Positions 30,430 to 40,203 of a stretch of 64,000 nucleotides of DNA are shown one piece after another. Within the stretch, counting starts at the first letter, position 1, and each line of letters starts with the position of its first letter. This stretch comes from Candidatus Hydrogenedentota bacterium (lineage in GTDB: Bacteria > Hydrogenedentota > Hydrogenedentia > Hydrogenedentales > SLHB01). The stretch lies in the NCBI GenBank assembly GCA_963745075.1, contig CAVUWV010000031.1, forward strand, positions 192,001-256,000, in the 5' to 3' direction. The translations under genes were made by a program, and so were the position numbers. The notes under the pieces are model-generated. The model ran no database searches. It was not told the origin of the DNA and saw only the letters and a program-made list of their open reading frames with translations.

Positions 30430-30926
30430 TCTATGCAACGGTTGGCACCATGTTCCTGGACTTTCCGCGACTGATCCTGGCGATGGACGCGATTGCACGG
30501 GATACGGGAGAGCGGGTTGTCGTTCAACGAGGGATGGGACAAACGATTCCCTCGCACTGCGATCACTTCGAATTCAAGCCGCGCGACGAGGTGCTTGCGC
30601 TGCAACACGAGGCCCGTGTGGTGGTGTGCCACGCGGGTATCGGGTGCGTATCCGATGCCTTGACGATCAAGCGGCCGCTCATCGTGGTGCCCCGATTGAA
30701 GCGCTACAAGGAACACATGAACGACCACCAGCTCGATCTGGCACGAGCGGTCGAGCGGCGCGGGTGGGGACGAATGGTTTTGGATACCCAGGACCTGCCC
30801 GGCGCGTGCGCGGCGCCGCCGGACGCGTACACGACCTATGCGCCGGCGCGCGAACGGTTGATCAATGCGGTACGATGGATGGTGGACGAGGTCGCCCGGC
30901 GCAAAGCGGAGCGCGCAGGCCGATGA
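30426..30926 (+). CDS. Alg13/PssE/CpsG-like glycosyltransferase subunit (GT28 C-terminal)
   Basis: MIYATVGT..FPRL, VCHAGIG, VVPR...EHMNDHQ; ATGA overlap with the upstream gene. Confidence 0.9.
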   Translation: MIYATVGTMFLDFPRLILAMDAIARDTGERVVVQRGMGQTIPSHCDHFEFKPRDEVLALQHEARVVVCHAGIGCVSDALTIKRPLIVVPRLKRYKEHMNDHQLDLARAVERRGWGRMVLDTQDLPGACAAPPDAYTTYAPARERLINAVRWMVDEVARRKAERAGR

Positions 30927-31942
30927 GTTATGGCCAACGGCTCAAGCCGCCATCAAAAACCGGGCTCGCGTCGATCGTTGTACCCGCGCATAATGCCGAG
31001 GCGACGTTGGAACGGTGCCTGACGGCCTGCCTTCATCAGACGTATGGGACGATCGAAGTTATCGTCGTAGATGACGGTTCGACGGACGATACGGCTCGTA
31101 TCGCGCAATCCTTTCCCGTAGAATGCCTTTCACAAACACAACGAGGGCCAGCGGCGGCGCGCAACGCGGGCGCCCGGCACGCTCGCGGCGATGTCCTCGT
31201 CTTCACGGATTCCGATTGTGTTCCGCATGCGGATTGGGTGGAGCAGCTCCTTTCGGGATTTGAGGATGGTGCAGCGGCCGTGGGTGGAACCTACAGTACC
31301 GCAAACCCCGAATCGCTGTTGGCACGACTGATTCACGAGGAGATCATGGTTCGACACGATCGGTATGACGCGGAGGTCGATTTCCTGGGATCGTTCAATG
31401 TGGCGTATCGCCGCTGCGCATTCGAAAAGGCGGGCGGATTCGACGAAGACTTCCGCATGGCGTCTGGTGAAGACAACGACTTGGCATATCGCCTGGCCGA
31501 CGCGGGCGAGCGCCTTCGATTCGTGCGGGAGGCCGTCGTGAAGCATCATCATCCCGATCGACTGATTCCGTACTTGCGAAGTCAGATGCGGCATGGCTTC
31601 TGGCGCATGAAGCTGTATGCGAAACATCCCCGCCGGTCGGGCGGTGACCGGTATGCCGGGCTCTCCGACCTGCTGGCGCCGGCACTTCTTTGCCTGCTGG
31701 CGGTCACAGTGGCGCTGGGCTTGCTGGTTGGCTTTCAGACGCGGGTTGCGCCCGCGCTTCTATTCCTTTTCAGCGTGCTTCTCCTTTCGCGATTTCCGGT
31801 TCCGTTGCGCATGATGCGCCGGGCGCGCGATCCGCGTATGCTGACCTTCGTGCCAATCATGCTCTTGCGCGACGGCGCACGCGCAGCCGGCATGATCCAC
31901 GGCATTTGGACGTTCCTGATTCTCAGAAGGAAAACCGCTTGA
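30923..31942 (+). CDS. Family 2 glycosyltransferase with C-terminal membrane segments
   Basis: SIVVPAHN, VVDDGSTD, GPAAARN, FTDSDC, GGFDE...GED. Confidence 0.92.
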   Translation: MSYGQRLKPPSKTGLASIVVPAHNAEATLERCLTACLHQTYGTIEVIVVDDGSTDDTARIAQSFPVECLSQTQRGPAAARNAGARHARGDVLVFTDSDCVPHADWVEQLLSGFEDGAAAVGGTYSTANPESLLARLIHEEIMVRHDRYDAEVDFLGSFNVAYRRCAFEKAGGFDEDFRMASGEDNDLAYRLADAGERLRFVREAVVKHHHPDRLIPYLRSQMRHGFWRMKLYAKHPRRSGGDRYAGLSDLLAPALLCLLAVTVALGLLVGFQTRVAPALLFLFSVLLLSRFPVPLRMMRRARDPRMLTFVPIMLLRDGARAAGMIHGIWTFLILRRKTA

Positions 31943-32661
31943 TGCCGCGCGTACTCGTCATTATCCCGGCATACAACGAAGAGGAAACGATCGGGGACGT
32001 GATCGCCGCTCTCGAGGACCAGAAGCCGGAATATGATGTTTTGGTCATCGATGACGGATCGACGGATCGAACGGCCCAAACGGTGCGTTCGGCGGGGCAT
32101 GCGCGTCTGGTTCGGCTGCCGTACAATCTTGGCATCGGCGGCGCCATGCAGACCGGGTTCAAGTACGCAAAGCGGTACGGTTACAACGTCGCCGTGCAAT
32201 GTGATGCCGACGGTCAGCATCCGGTGGAACAGATTCCCTCGCTTGTGGAACGGTTGTCGAAAGGCGATGCCGATCTCGTAATCGGTTCGCGGTACGTGGC
32301 GGACAGCAACTACGCACCGTCTTTCAGCCGCCGCGTAGGCAAATCGATCCTTTCGAGGCTGGTTGACGCGCTCATCGGTGGCGGCATTACGGATACGACC
32401 AGTGGATTTCGGGCGGCAAACCGAAAGGCCCTCGGCGTATTCGCAGAGCGCTATCCCGACGACTATCCCGAGGCGGAAGCCCTGGTGATTCTGCATATGT
32501 CGGGGTTGAAAGCGGTGGAGGTGCCCGCGGGCATGCATCCCCGAAAGGGGGGTGTTACGTCGATCAAGCCTCCGCATGCCGTGTATTACATGGTTAAAGT
32601 CGGATTGGCGATCTTCGTCGATCTGTTTCGAAAGCATTCGCAAGCGACGGGAGAACCCTGA
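31942..32661 (+). CDS. Family 2 glycosyltransferase, DPM1/polyprenol-phosphate-sugar synthase-like
   Basis: IIPAYNEE, IDDGSTD, NLGIGGAMQTG, CDADGQH, IGSR, DTTSGFR. Confidence 0.93.
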   Translation: MPRVLVIIPAYNEEETIGDVIAALEDQKPEYDVLVIDDGSTDRTAQTVRSAGHARLVRLPYNLGIGGAMQTGFKYAKRYGYNVAVQCDADGQHPVEQIPSLVERLSKGDADLVIGSRYVADSNYAPSFSRRVGKSILSRLVDALIGGGITDTTSGFRAANRKALGVFAERYPDDYPEAEALVILHMSGLKAVEVPAGMHPRKGGVTSIKPPHAVYYMVKVGLAIFVDLFRKHSQATGEP

Positions 32662-32663
32662 TT

Positions 32664-33044
32664 ATGGACGGCTACGTACAAACCGGGATACAAACGGCGC
32701 ACCGGGTGGGCATTCTGGCACTCAGCTTTGCTTTGTTGCTCGTTGTGCTCGAACTGGTGCGGCGCGGCTACCTGAAGGAGCGATATGCTTTGCTGTGGTT
32801 GGCGACAGCGGGGCTGAGCCTGGTGATCGGCTTATTCCCGAGTATCATCACGGAACTCGCACATCTATTTAATTTCCAGTACCTTACCGTGCTGTTCGCC
32901 ATGTATTTCGCCTTCACGCTCGCGCTCGTACTCTGTTTTACGATCGTCATATCCCGGCTGGCCGAGCGAAACCGCGAGCTGACCCAAGAAGTTGCCCTGT
33001 TGGCGTATGAGGTGGATCGGTTGAAAACGGGGGTGGGTCAATAA
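32664..33044 (+). CDS. DUF2304-like small membrane protein
   Basis: ELVRRGYLKERYALLW, three TM segments, C-terminal LTQEVALL; usual position after a DPM1-like GT2. Confidence 0.85.
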   Translation: MDGYVQTGIQTAHRVGILALSFALLLVVLELVRRGYLKERYALLWLATAGLSLVIGLFPSIITELAHLFNFQYLTVLFAMYFAFTLALVLCFTIVISRLAERNRELTQEVALLAYEVDRLKTGVGQ

Positions 33045-33290
33045 GGACGTCGTTGCCACTTTGGCTTCGTATTGACGTCCGGTCGCATAACTCGCCGACA
33101 ACGCGTTGCGTGCGCGGAGTTTACGGTTGCGAATATTCAGAATTTGTGCGATATTTGTAGAGATCGATCGGATGGAGTTCAGGCTTTACCAGCACCAAAT
33201 GGCCATGGGCACGCGTCTCACGTGACCGATTTCAGGCACGACGCATTCGCGGAATAGGATCACTACCGGCCGAGGGGTTTCGTTGTTATT

Positions 33291-33926
33291 ATGAAGTGGA
33301 TTGATGTAAGCATCCCCATGCGCGAAGGGATGACGGTGTGGCCGGGCGACACCGCGTTTTCCTTTCGGGCCGCATCGAGGATTGCTGAGGGAGCGGGATG
33401 CAATGTGTCCACGCTCACGCTCAGCACGCACACGGGGACGCACGTCGACGCCCCTTGGCATTTTGAGAATGGGGGCAAGCGTCTCCATCAAGTGGACACG
33501 GACCTCTTCTTTGGCGATGCACTGCTAATCGACCTGCCGGAGGTCGACTCGATTCGAGCGCAGGATCTGGGGCGCTCCCCCCTCCCGCCGCGTGTCATTT
33601 TGAAGACGAGCAACTCCGAGTATCCGGCCGAAGACCCGTTTTTGACGAATTACGTCGCGATCGAACCCGACGCAGCGCAGCGCCTGGTCGATGAAGGCGT
33701 GCGGTTGATTGGCGTAGACTATCTTTCCGTAGCCCCGTTTAAGCAGCCGGGACAGGATACGCACCATATTCTGTTGCAGTCCGACGTGCTCATTGTTGAG
33801 GGGTTGCGGTTGGCAGGGATAGTAGCGGGACTGCACCGGTTCGTTGTTTTGCCGCTTCCGTTGGAAGGCGCCGACGGTGCTCCGTGCCGTGCCTTTCTCG
33901 GTGTAGAAGAGGAGTGCCATGCCTAA
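33291..33926 (+). CDS. Cyclase family / kynurenine formamidase-like metal hydrolase
   Basis: HTGTHVDAPWH, IGVDYLSV, IVEGL, LPL..ADGAPCRA. Confidence 0.9.
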   Translation: MKWIDVSIPMREGMTVWPGDTAFSFRAASRIAEGAGCNVSTLTLSTHTGTHVDAPWHFENGGKRLHQVDTDLFFGDALLIDLPEVDSIRAQDLGRSPLPPRVILKTSNSEYPAEDPFLTNYVAIEPDAAQRLVDEGVRLIGVDYLSVAPFKQPGQDTHHILLQSDVLIVEGLRLAGIVAGLHRFVVLPLPLEGADGAPCRAFLGVEEECHA

Positions 33927-35190
33927 TATTCGTGACACGCGCGACGTTCTCGCGGTCGTTCTGGCCGGGGGAGTCGGCGAACGCCTGTACCCTTTGACCA
34001 AGGACCGGGCCAAGCCTGCCGTCCATTTCGGGGGCATCTACCGGCTCATTGATTTCACGCTATCCAATTGCATCAATTCCCAGTGCCGAAGAATCATGGT
34101 GCTGGTGCAGTACAAGTCCCTGTCTCTTTCGCGGCACATCCGAACGGGATGGAACATCCTGAGTCCCGAACTCAATGAGTACGTCGAGATTATCCCCGCG
34201 CAGAAACGGGTGGGCGAGGACTGGTATCAGGGCACCGCCGACGCCATTTATCAGAATCTTTATTCCATCGAGCGGATCGATCCCCGGGACGTGATGGTCC
34301 TTTCCGGGGACCATATTTACAAGATGGATTATGGCCCCATGATTGCGTTCCACCGCAGGAACAACGCAGATATGACGGTAGCGGCCATTGAGATGCCCCT
34401 GTCCCAGGCCACTCGATTCGGCGTGTTGGCGGTGGACTACGACGCCCGGGTTGTTGGGTTTGAGGAAAAACCTGCCAATCCGAGTTCCTTACCGGACCGG
34501 CCCAGCACGGCGCTGGCCTCCATGGGCGTGTATATCTTCACAGCGGATGCGTTGAAACGGGCCTGCCTGGACGACGCCAAGCAGGTGTCCTCGCACGATT
34601 TCGGCAAGGACGTGATCCCCAAGATGATCGGCACCGATCGGGTTTTCGCGTATATGTTCCAGGACGAGAATAAGAAAGAGGCCCAATACTGGCGGGACGT
34701 GGGCACGCTGGATTCCTATTGGGAAGCGAACATGGACCTGGTCGCGGTCGACCCGATATTCAACCTCTACGACCAAGGCTGGCCGATTCGGACGCGCAGT
34801 TCCAATTCACCACCCGCGAAGTTTGTGTTCGCGACGGAAGGGGTCCGGTTTGGCGCGGCAGTCGACTCCATTGTGAGCCCGGGATGCATTGTCAGCGGCG
34901 GTCTGGTCAAGCGCAGTGTCCTTTCATCGGACGTGCGCATCAACAGCTATTCCCACGTGGAAGAGAGCATCTTATTGCCGGGCTGCGATATCGGCCGGAA
35001 CTCACGAATCCGCCGGGCCATCATCGAAAAAAACGTAGAGATTCCGGAAAATACGGTAATCGGCTATGATAGCCGCGAGGACGCAAAACGCTTTCACGTA
35101 ACCGCAAACGGTATTGTCGTGGTCGATGCGATGGAACAGGCGCCCCGGCCCTTTGCGGTGGAACCGCGGACCCCGTCACCCGTCGGGTGA
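33919..35190 (+). CDS. glgC: Glucose-1-phosphate adenylyltransferase
   Basis: LAGGVGERLYPLTKDRAKPAVHFGG, WYQGTADA, SGDHIYKMDY, FEEKP, DFGKD, YWRDVGT. Confidence 0.97.
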   Translation: MPNIRDTRDVLAVVLAGGVGERLYPLTKDRAKPAVHFGGIYRLIDFTLSNCINSQCRRIMVLVQYKSLSLSRHIRTGWNILSPELNEYVEIIPAQKRVGEDWYQGTADAIYQNLYSIERIDPRDVMVLSGDHIYKMDYGPMIAFHRRNNADMTVAAIEMPLSQATRFGVLAVDYDARVVGFEEKPANPSSLPDRPSTALASMGVYIFTADALKRACLDDAKQVSSHDFGKDVIPKMIGTDRVFAYMFQDENKKEAQYWRDVGTLDSYWEANMDLVAVDPIFNLYDQGWPIRTRSSNSPPAKFVFATEGVRFGAAVDSIVSPGCIVSGGLVKRSVLSSDVRINSYSHVEESILLPGCDIGRNSRIRRAIIEKNVEIPENTVIGYDSREDAKRFHVTANGIVVVDAMEQAPRPFAVEPRTPSPVG

Positions 35191-35215
35191 TTACGGGCGA
35201 TGCAGGAGGTGTGTC

Positions 35216-36274
35216 ATGATTATGCTGGCCGCGATTCTGGTATTGGCCGCGCCGGTGGACGGCAGCGTACGTGAACACGCGGACGCCATTCTCGCCGCAC
35301 AACTTCCGGACGGCGCAATCGTTCACGCGACGGACGGCGATGAAATCGCGATCGTGCCTTACCTTGGAAACCAGGCGGCCGCGGGCCTGTATGAAGCATA
35401 CCGGGTGACGGATGACGCAACGTATCTCGACGCCGCGAATGCCTGGGTGGATTGGTACCTCGATCGCATGGACCTCGACGGCCGGGTCGTCGAGTACCGC
35501 GGGACGAAGGATAACTATCGCCCTGTGAATACCGGCGGGGTTGACGTGCCGGGTGCGGCGACGTTCCTGGAATGCGCGAATATGCGGCGCGTTCTCACCA
35601 AGGACCGGTACTTCCTGCTTCGGGAACAAGCGAAACTGTGGAGGGTGTACGAGACGGTGGTGAATGCGGCGGAGCCGGACGGACTGCTGTACGCCTACGA
35701 AGACGCGCCATACAAGTCAACGTTCCACAATATCGAGGCCTATGAAGGGTTGTGGCATGCCCGGCAAATTGCGCGGAGTTTGCGCGATTACCACTGGAAT
35801 TCGAGCATCTACTACGCCCGCCGAGGAATTGAATCGGCTCTGGATCGAATGCGTGACGAGAATGGGCTGTATGCGTGGGCCAAGGCGCGGGACAACACGA
35901 TCGAGTGGGCGGAGGATGCATCAACCTTCAACACCGTGGGGCTGGCAAATCTGGCCGCCGCCGCGTACGGGCCGACCAGCGAACACGAAGCGAAGGAGAC
36001 CCTGCGTGGCGTTCGCGAGCGTTTCCCCGATCTTGGCGCATGCACGCCGGCGCAACTCTACTGGTGGTCGGCTGCGGCGTGCCGGGTGGATGACGATTCC
36101 GTGGCAAAACATGCCGCGCAACTCGTGGAAAACTTGGCGCCGGGGGATGCGTCCCCGGCGGACCATGCGTACTGCATCCGGATCCTTGTTCTCGCAGACA
36201 AAGGCGAACCGCGTCGCTTCGGCGTGCCAATGGGATCGACGTACATCCCCTATCAACGGCCCATCTTTCGTTAA
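35216..36274 (+). CDS. Hypothetical secreted protein, possibly (alpha/alpha)6 six-hairpin glycosidase-like
   Basis: AGGAGG RBS; signal-like N-terminus; helical motifs such as LYEAYRVTDDATYLDAANAWVDW. Confidence 0.6.
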   Translation: MIMLAAILVLAAPVDGSVREHADAILAAQLPDGAIVHATDGDEIAIVPYLGNQAAAGLYEAYRVTDDATYLDAANAWVDWYLDRMDLDGRVVEYRGTKDNYRPVNTGGVDVPGAATFLECANMRRVLTKDRYFLLREQAKLWRVYETVVNAAEPDGLLYAYEDAPYKSTFHNIEAYEGLWHARQIARSLRDYHWNSSIYYARRGIESALDRMRDENGLYAWAKARDNTIEWAEDASTFNTVGLANLAAAAYGPTSEHEAKETLRGVRERFPDLGACTPAQLYWWSAAACRVDDDSVAKHAAQLVENLAPGDASPADHAYCIRILVLADKGEPRRFGVPMGSTYIPYQRPIFR

Positions 36275-36356
36275 GACGAGCCCGGTCTTTTGACTTTCGC
36301 ACTCACGGCCCCTAGCATACCCGTTTGATTGAAAGTCTGCTGATGGAGTATGTGCC

Positions 36357-37281
36357 GTGAGAACTTGGGTAAGAATTCTTCTTGCAATCCTCCTGCTCGT
36401 CATTGTCGGCGGTGTCGCCGTGTTGTTCATCGCGGACAGCAAGTACCAGTTCCTACGGGACGCGCCGAGGATTTCGCATGAAACCCTGGCCCAACCCGAC
36501 ACGAGCATTCGGATCGTCGCGCAGCCGCCCTTGGCCAAGGACATCATCAAAACGGTCCTGGGGGACCAGGCCCCGAGCGACTGGGTCCTGGAAAAGGCGC
36601 TTCCCTACGAAGTTGCTCTGCTGATTACGCCGCACCTGGATACCGGCAAAATCGACATCGACCTTTTCTGCAATGACCGGCGGCTGGGGCCGCTCATCGC
36701 GGCACAGTCGTCGCAGTTAGCGCTCGACAGCGCATACCCTTTCATCCACTGGGACAGCGGTCGATTCAGCGAAACGAGCCGGGGCAGCCTGGTGTGGCAT
36801 GGCACGGCCGATATCAAGTCGTCGGTGGTCGATAACGTGCGCACCCATTGGGGAGACGTTCCGGCAATTGAGCCGGGCGCGCGCGAAAGGCGGCCACTTG
36901 GTGGAGGCCGTCGTCGACAATCGGGACGGTTCCTTGTTCACCCTGATCGCCACCCTCCAGGCGGACGGCGAAATCGTGCTGCCCATTTCGCTCGAAGACG
37001 TTGCCAAGAGCCTGTTAACCGTCGCGGACGTCCACATTACCGCCGACATGGACGGTCCCGACAACCTTTCCATAGACATGGTCGTGGACTGCGTTCCCCA
37101 AGCGGAACCCGGCGAAATTACGGCGACGAGTTTTCTGATTGGCGGGATACTGAATCAAATCTCGCTGATACTGGAACAGAACTACAAGGTGACTTTTGAA
37201 GGCACCAAAAAGACCGAAGGCACCGCCATTCTGAGCACGTACACCCTCACACCCTTGTCTCGATTAGTGCACGCCAGATAA
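36357..37281 (+). CDS. Hypothetical membrane-anchored protein; apparent +1 frameshift near 36876 joins ORFs 36357..37199 and 36799..37281
   Basis: N-terminal TM helix; protein-like composition switches frame at gagccgggcgcg. Confidence 0.6.
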
Positions 37282-37283
37282 CG

Positions 37284-37375
37284 CTACATCCGCTCCAGGG
37301 CATCGATTCCGAGGAGTTCGAGCGCGTTCTGGATCACTCGCCGGGTTGCGGCACAAATCTGGGCGCGTGCCACCC
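37284..37375 (-). repeat. Displaced 92-bp duplicate of the argS 3' end (att-like direct repeat of 38438..38529)
   Basis: 84/92 identical; encodes VARAQICAATRRVIQNALELLGIDALERM*. Confidence 0.93.
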
Positions 37376-37429
37376 CCGGACTTCCTGGGTTCATCTCCAA
37401 ACAGCGCGGCTCTTCGACGCCCCGCCCAA

Positions 37430-38380
37430 AACGTCATCCCCGGCTCCGAAAGCGGGGACCCATCTTCAACCAACGCCCCAGGCTCATCCTTCACACACCA
37501 TCCGTGAACGTCCGTGTAGGTCCGTGGCGCCTTGCGCGCCGTCAGACCGGAAGTGTGTTTCGGTCATTGGTTATTCGGTCATTAGAATTTGTTTCGGATT
37601 TCGTGCTTCGGATTTCGGATTTGGCTGCGGCTATGCCGCGCCGGGCTACACTCAAATCGCCCCGTCCGGCGCAAATACGGTCTTTCCCCACGACAGTGTT
37701 CTTCCTGCCAATTCATCGGTGTAATCGGTGCAATCGGTGGATGAAACTCTTGGTTTCGTTCCGGCTTCGTCCCGCTGTGGAATCCCAACGTACCGCTCAA
37801 CGGAGAACGGGCGTCTCGCCCGTTCGTCTTCACCGCTCCCCACCGTGATCCCATCACACAACCCGTCTCCACCCGCCGTGCGACGCCACCCCCTCCACGG
37901 GCGAGACGCCCGTGCCCCCTTACCCCCTCGCCCCGATCGCAACGCACGTATCTTCGGCCTCCCGCCATCTTCCCGATCCTCTGACCGTGTCCTCCCCAAC
38001 AAAAGATTCGCGCCAATCCGAACCATCCGCCAAATCCGCGTTCCATTGATTTGTCGTTCATCAGTTCCCTATCTCCACTGCAACACCCCGCGCTATAGTG
38101 ATAAGGACAACTCCACCCATGACAATCGCCCCAAAACGCGCTGCACACCTCCAGCCTCCGGACGCCGGACCCGCACCCCCCTTGTTTCGTCAAAAAGCAG
38201 GGAGGTGTACACCCCCCAGTCCTCCAGGCTCCCTTCTCCCGCTTCTCCCGCGTCATTCCAGTGCAAGTCCCAGACGTCCATGATGATTAGGAGAACGCCG
38301 TCCCCATCGCTCCGGACTCCAGCCTCCGGACGCCGGACTTGCACCCCCCCTTGTATCGTCAAAAACAGAGGGGGGTGCTC
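37430..38380. repeat. Cluster of several dispersed-repeat types
   Basis: REP-like palindrome 37433-37464; heptamer TTCGGAT-type run 37562-37622; nonamer ATCGGTG(T/C)A run 37714-37741; inverted pair ACGGGCGTCTCGCCCGT 37807-37823/37897-37913; ~62-bp direct repeats at 38149 and 38317. Confidence 0.8.
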
Positions 38381-38437
38381 ACGCGGGACAATCGCCGGAC
38401 GAATCACAGGGGACGGGCTTTTGAGGAGAAATGCGGA

Positions 38438-40135
38438 CTACATCCGCTCCAGGGCATCGATCCCGAGGAGTTGGAGTGCGTTCTGAATCACCCGCCGGGT
38501 TGCGGCGCAAATTTGGGCGCGCGCCACCCGGTGCGCATCGGTGGGGGCATCGATTACCGGGCATTCGTGGTAGAAGGCCGTAAACGAACGGGCGGCATCG
38601 AGGGCAAACTGAGCGACCGGCGCCACACTTCGCTGGCCGATCCCGAGTGCGACCACATCGGGAAATGACGCAAGTTTGGTTAATAGAGCCCACTCGGCAT
38701 CGTTTTCGAGAGGAAATGCATCGCCTGGAGCATCCGGAACCGCAGTCCCAAGCTTGCGTAAGATGGATGAAATCCGCGCGCATGAGTATTGGACGTAGGG
38801 CCCCGTGTCACCGGTAAACGACAGGCTCGCATCCCAATCGAAGATTACGTTCTTATTTGCCCCGACGCGCAGGATGGCGAATCGGATCGCCGCGACCGCG
38901 ACTTTGGCGGCAATGGCTTGGCGTTCTTTCTCGGGAAGATCTTTACATTGCTCTTCGACTTTCTCCGCAGCCCGCGCCGACGCCTCGTTGAGAAATTCGG
39001 AGAGGAGCACGACTTTGCCTTGGCGGGTCGACATCTTGCCTTCCTTCAGCAGGATGTACGAGTAATAGATAGGTTCGGGGGACGCGATCTCCGCGGCAGC
39101 GAGTATCAAGGCAATCTGCTGCATATACAGCCGGTGATCTTCACCGAGGACGATCAGATTGAGATCGGCGCCCTTCTCCATCTTGTCGATGGTGTACGCG
39201 ATATCGCGGTACCCGTACATGGAGCTGCCGTTTGACCGCAGGAGCGCAACGTACCGGCCTTCTTCGTAGGTGTGACCGATCTTGCTGAGGTCGACGGAGA
39301 GCCGGCCCTCTTCATCGGTAAACACCGCGTCTTTCGTGCGCAGCACTTCCAGAATCCGTTCCAACCGGGGATCCTGGACAAAATCGGACTCGCGATCGAA
39401 ACGATCGTAGGCGATCCCCAACCGTTCAAGTACCGCGAGCTGCCCTTGTAAACACAATTCCGTGATGGCGCGAAACCGCTCGCGTGCCTCCGGGTCGCCT
39501 TGCTCGATGCGAGCCAGCAACTCGAATCCCCGTGCCGCGAATTCGGGCTCGGCTTCGGCACGCGCATTGGCGTCCGCATACACTTGAAGCATGCTGTCGA
39601 ACGTCAACGTCTCGGGACGATCGCACGACAGTACAAGCAGCGCGATTTGACGCCCGATGTCGTTGACGTAGTAGTGGGTTTCCACGTCGTATTGCTCGAA
39701 TCGGAGCAACCGTACCAGGCTGTCGCCGATCATGGCGTTCCGGGCGCGGCCCACGTGCGGACTCGCGTTGGGGTTGATGCTGGTGTGCTCGACCAGAGCC
39801 CGCAACCCGACGCCGCTGGAATTGCTTCCGTATCGAGGCCCGCGCGCGAGAATGGCGCCGACGATCCGCTTGCCGAAGTCATCGCGGTTCAACCGGAAGT
39901 TGACGTAGGGGCCCGCCGTAAACGCTTCGGCCACGTCATCGCCAAAAGTGACCTCTTTGGCAATTCGGGCAGCCAGTTGCGGGGGAGGGAGTTGAAGTTT
40001 TCGCGCCGCTTCAAAGGTGCGGAGCGCCACGTCGCCCATCTCCAACTTGGGCGGCGGAGCAAAGGCCAGGTCTTCCGGCGCAAGTTCCGGAAAGGCGTCG
40101 AGAATGGGGCTGGCCAACGTTTGATACAGGTTCAC
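38438..40135 (-). CDS. argS: Arginyl-tRNA synthetase
   Basis: GPYVNF, EHTSINPNASPHVGRARN (HIGH-like), YYVNDIGRQ, KMSTR, GDTGPYVQYSCAR, LLGIDALERM; GTG at 40135 after GGAG. Confidence 0.95.
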   Translation of the reverse strand: MNLYQTLASPILDAFPELAPEDLAFAPPPKLEMGDVALRTFEAARKLQLPPPQLAARIAKEVTFGDDVAEAFTAGPYVNFRLNRDDFGKRIVGAILARGPRYGSNSSGVGLRALVEHTSINPNASPHVGRARNAMIGDSLVRLLRFEQYDVETHYYVNDIGRQIALLVLSCDRPETLTFDSMLQVYADANARAEAEPEFAARGFELLARIEQGDPEARERFRAITELCLQGQLAVLERLGIAYDRFDRESDFVQDPRLERILEVLRTKDAVFTDEEGRLSVDLSKIGHTYEEGRYVALLRSNGSSMYGYRDIAYTIDKMEKGADLNLIVLGEDHRLYMQQIALILAAAEIASPEPIYYSYILLKEGKMSTRQGKVVLLSEFLNEASARAAEKVEEQCKDLPEKERQAIAAKVAVAAIRFAILRVGANKNVIFDWDASLSFTGDTGPYVQYSCARISSILRKLGTAVPDAPGDAFPLENDAEWALLTKLASFPDVVALGIGQRSVAPVAQFALDAARSFTAFYHECPVIDAPTDAHRVARAQICAATRRVIQNALQLLGIDALERM

Positions 40136-40203
40136 AGAAAACTCCACTCGTTTTGGACGGAGATGTCCCCGACGATCGTGCAAAGATCCGTTTGGACGAT
40201 CGA

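Noticed and set aside
38149..38380. Mini CRISPR array
   Set aside because: Only two ~62-bp copies separated by ~105 bp, outside normal CRISPR geometry.
37284..38529. Diversity-generating retroelement TR/VR pair
   Set aside because: Mismatches are not adenine-specific, fall at synonymous positions, and no reverse transcriptase is present.
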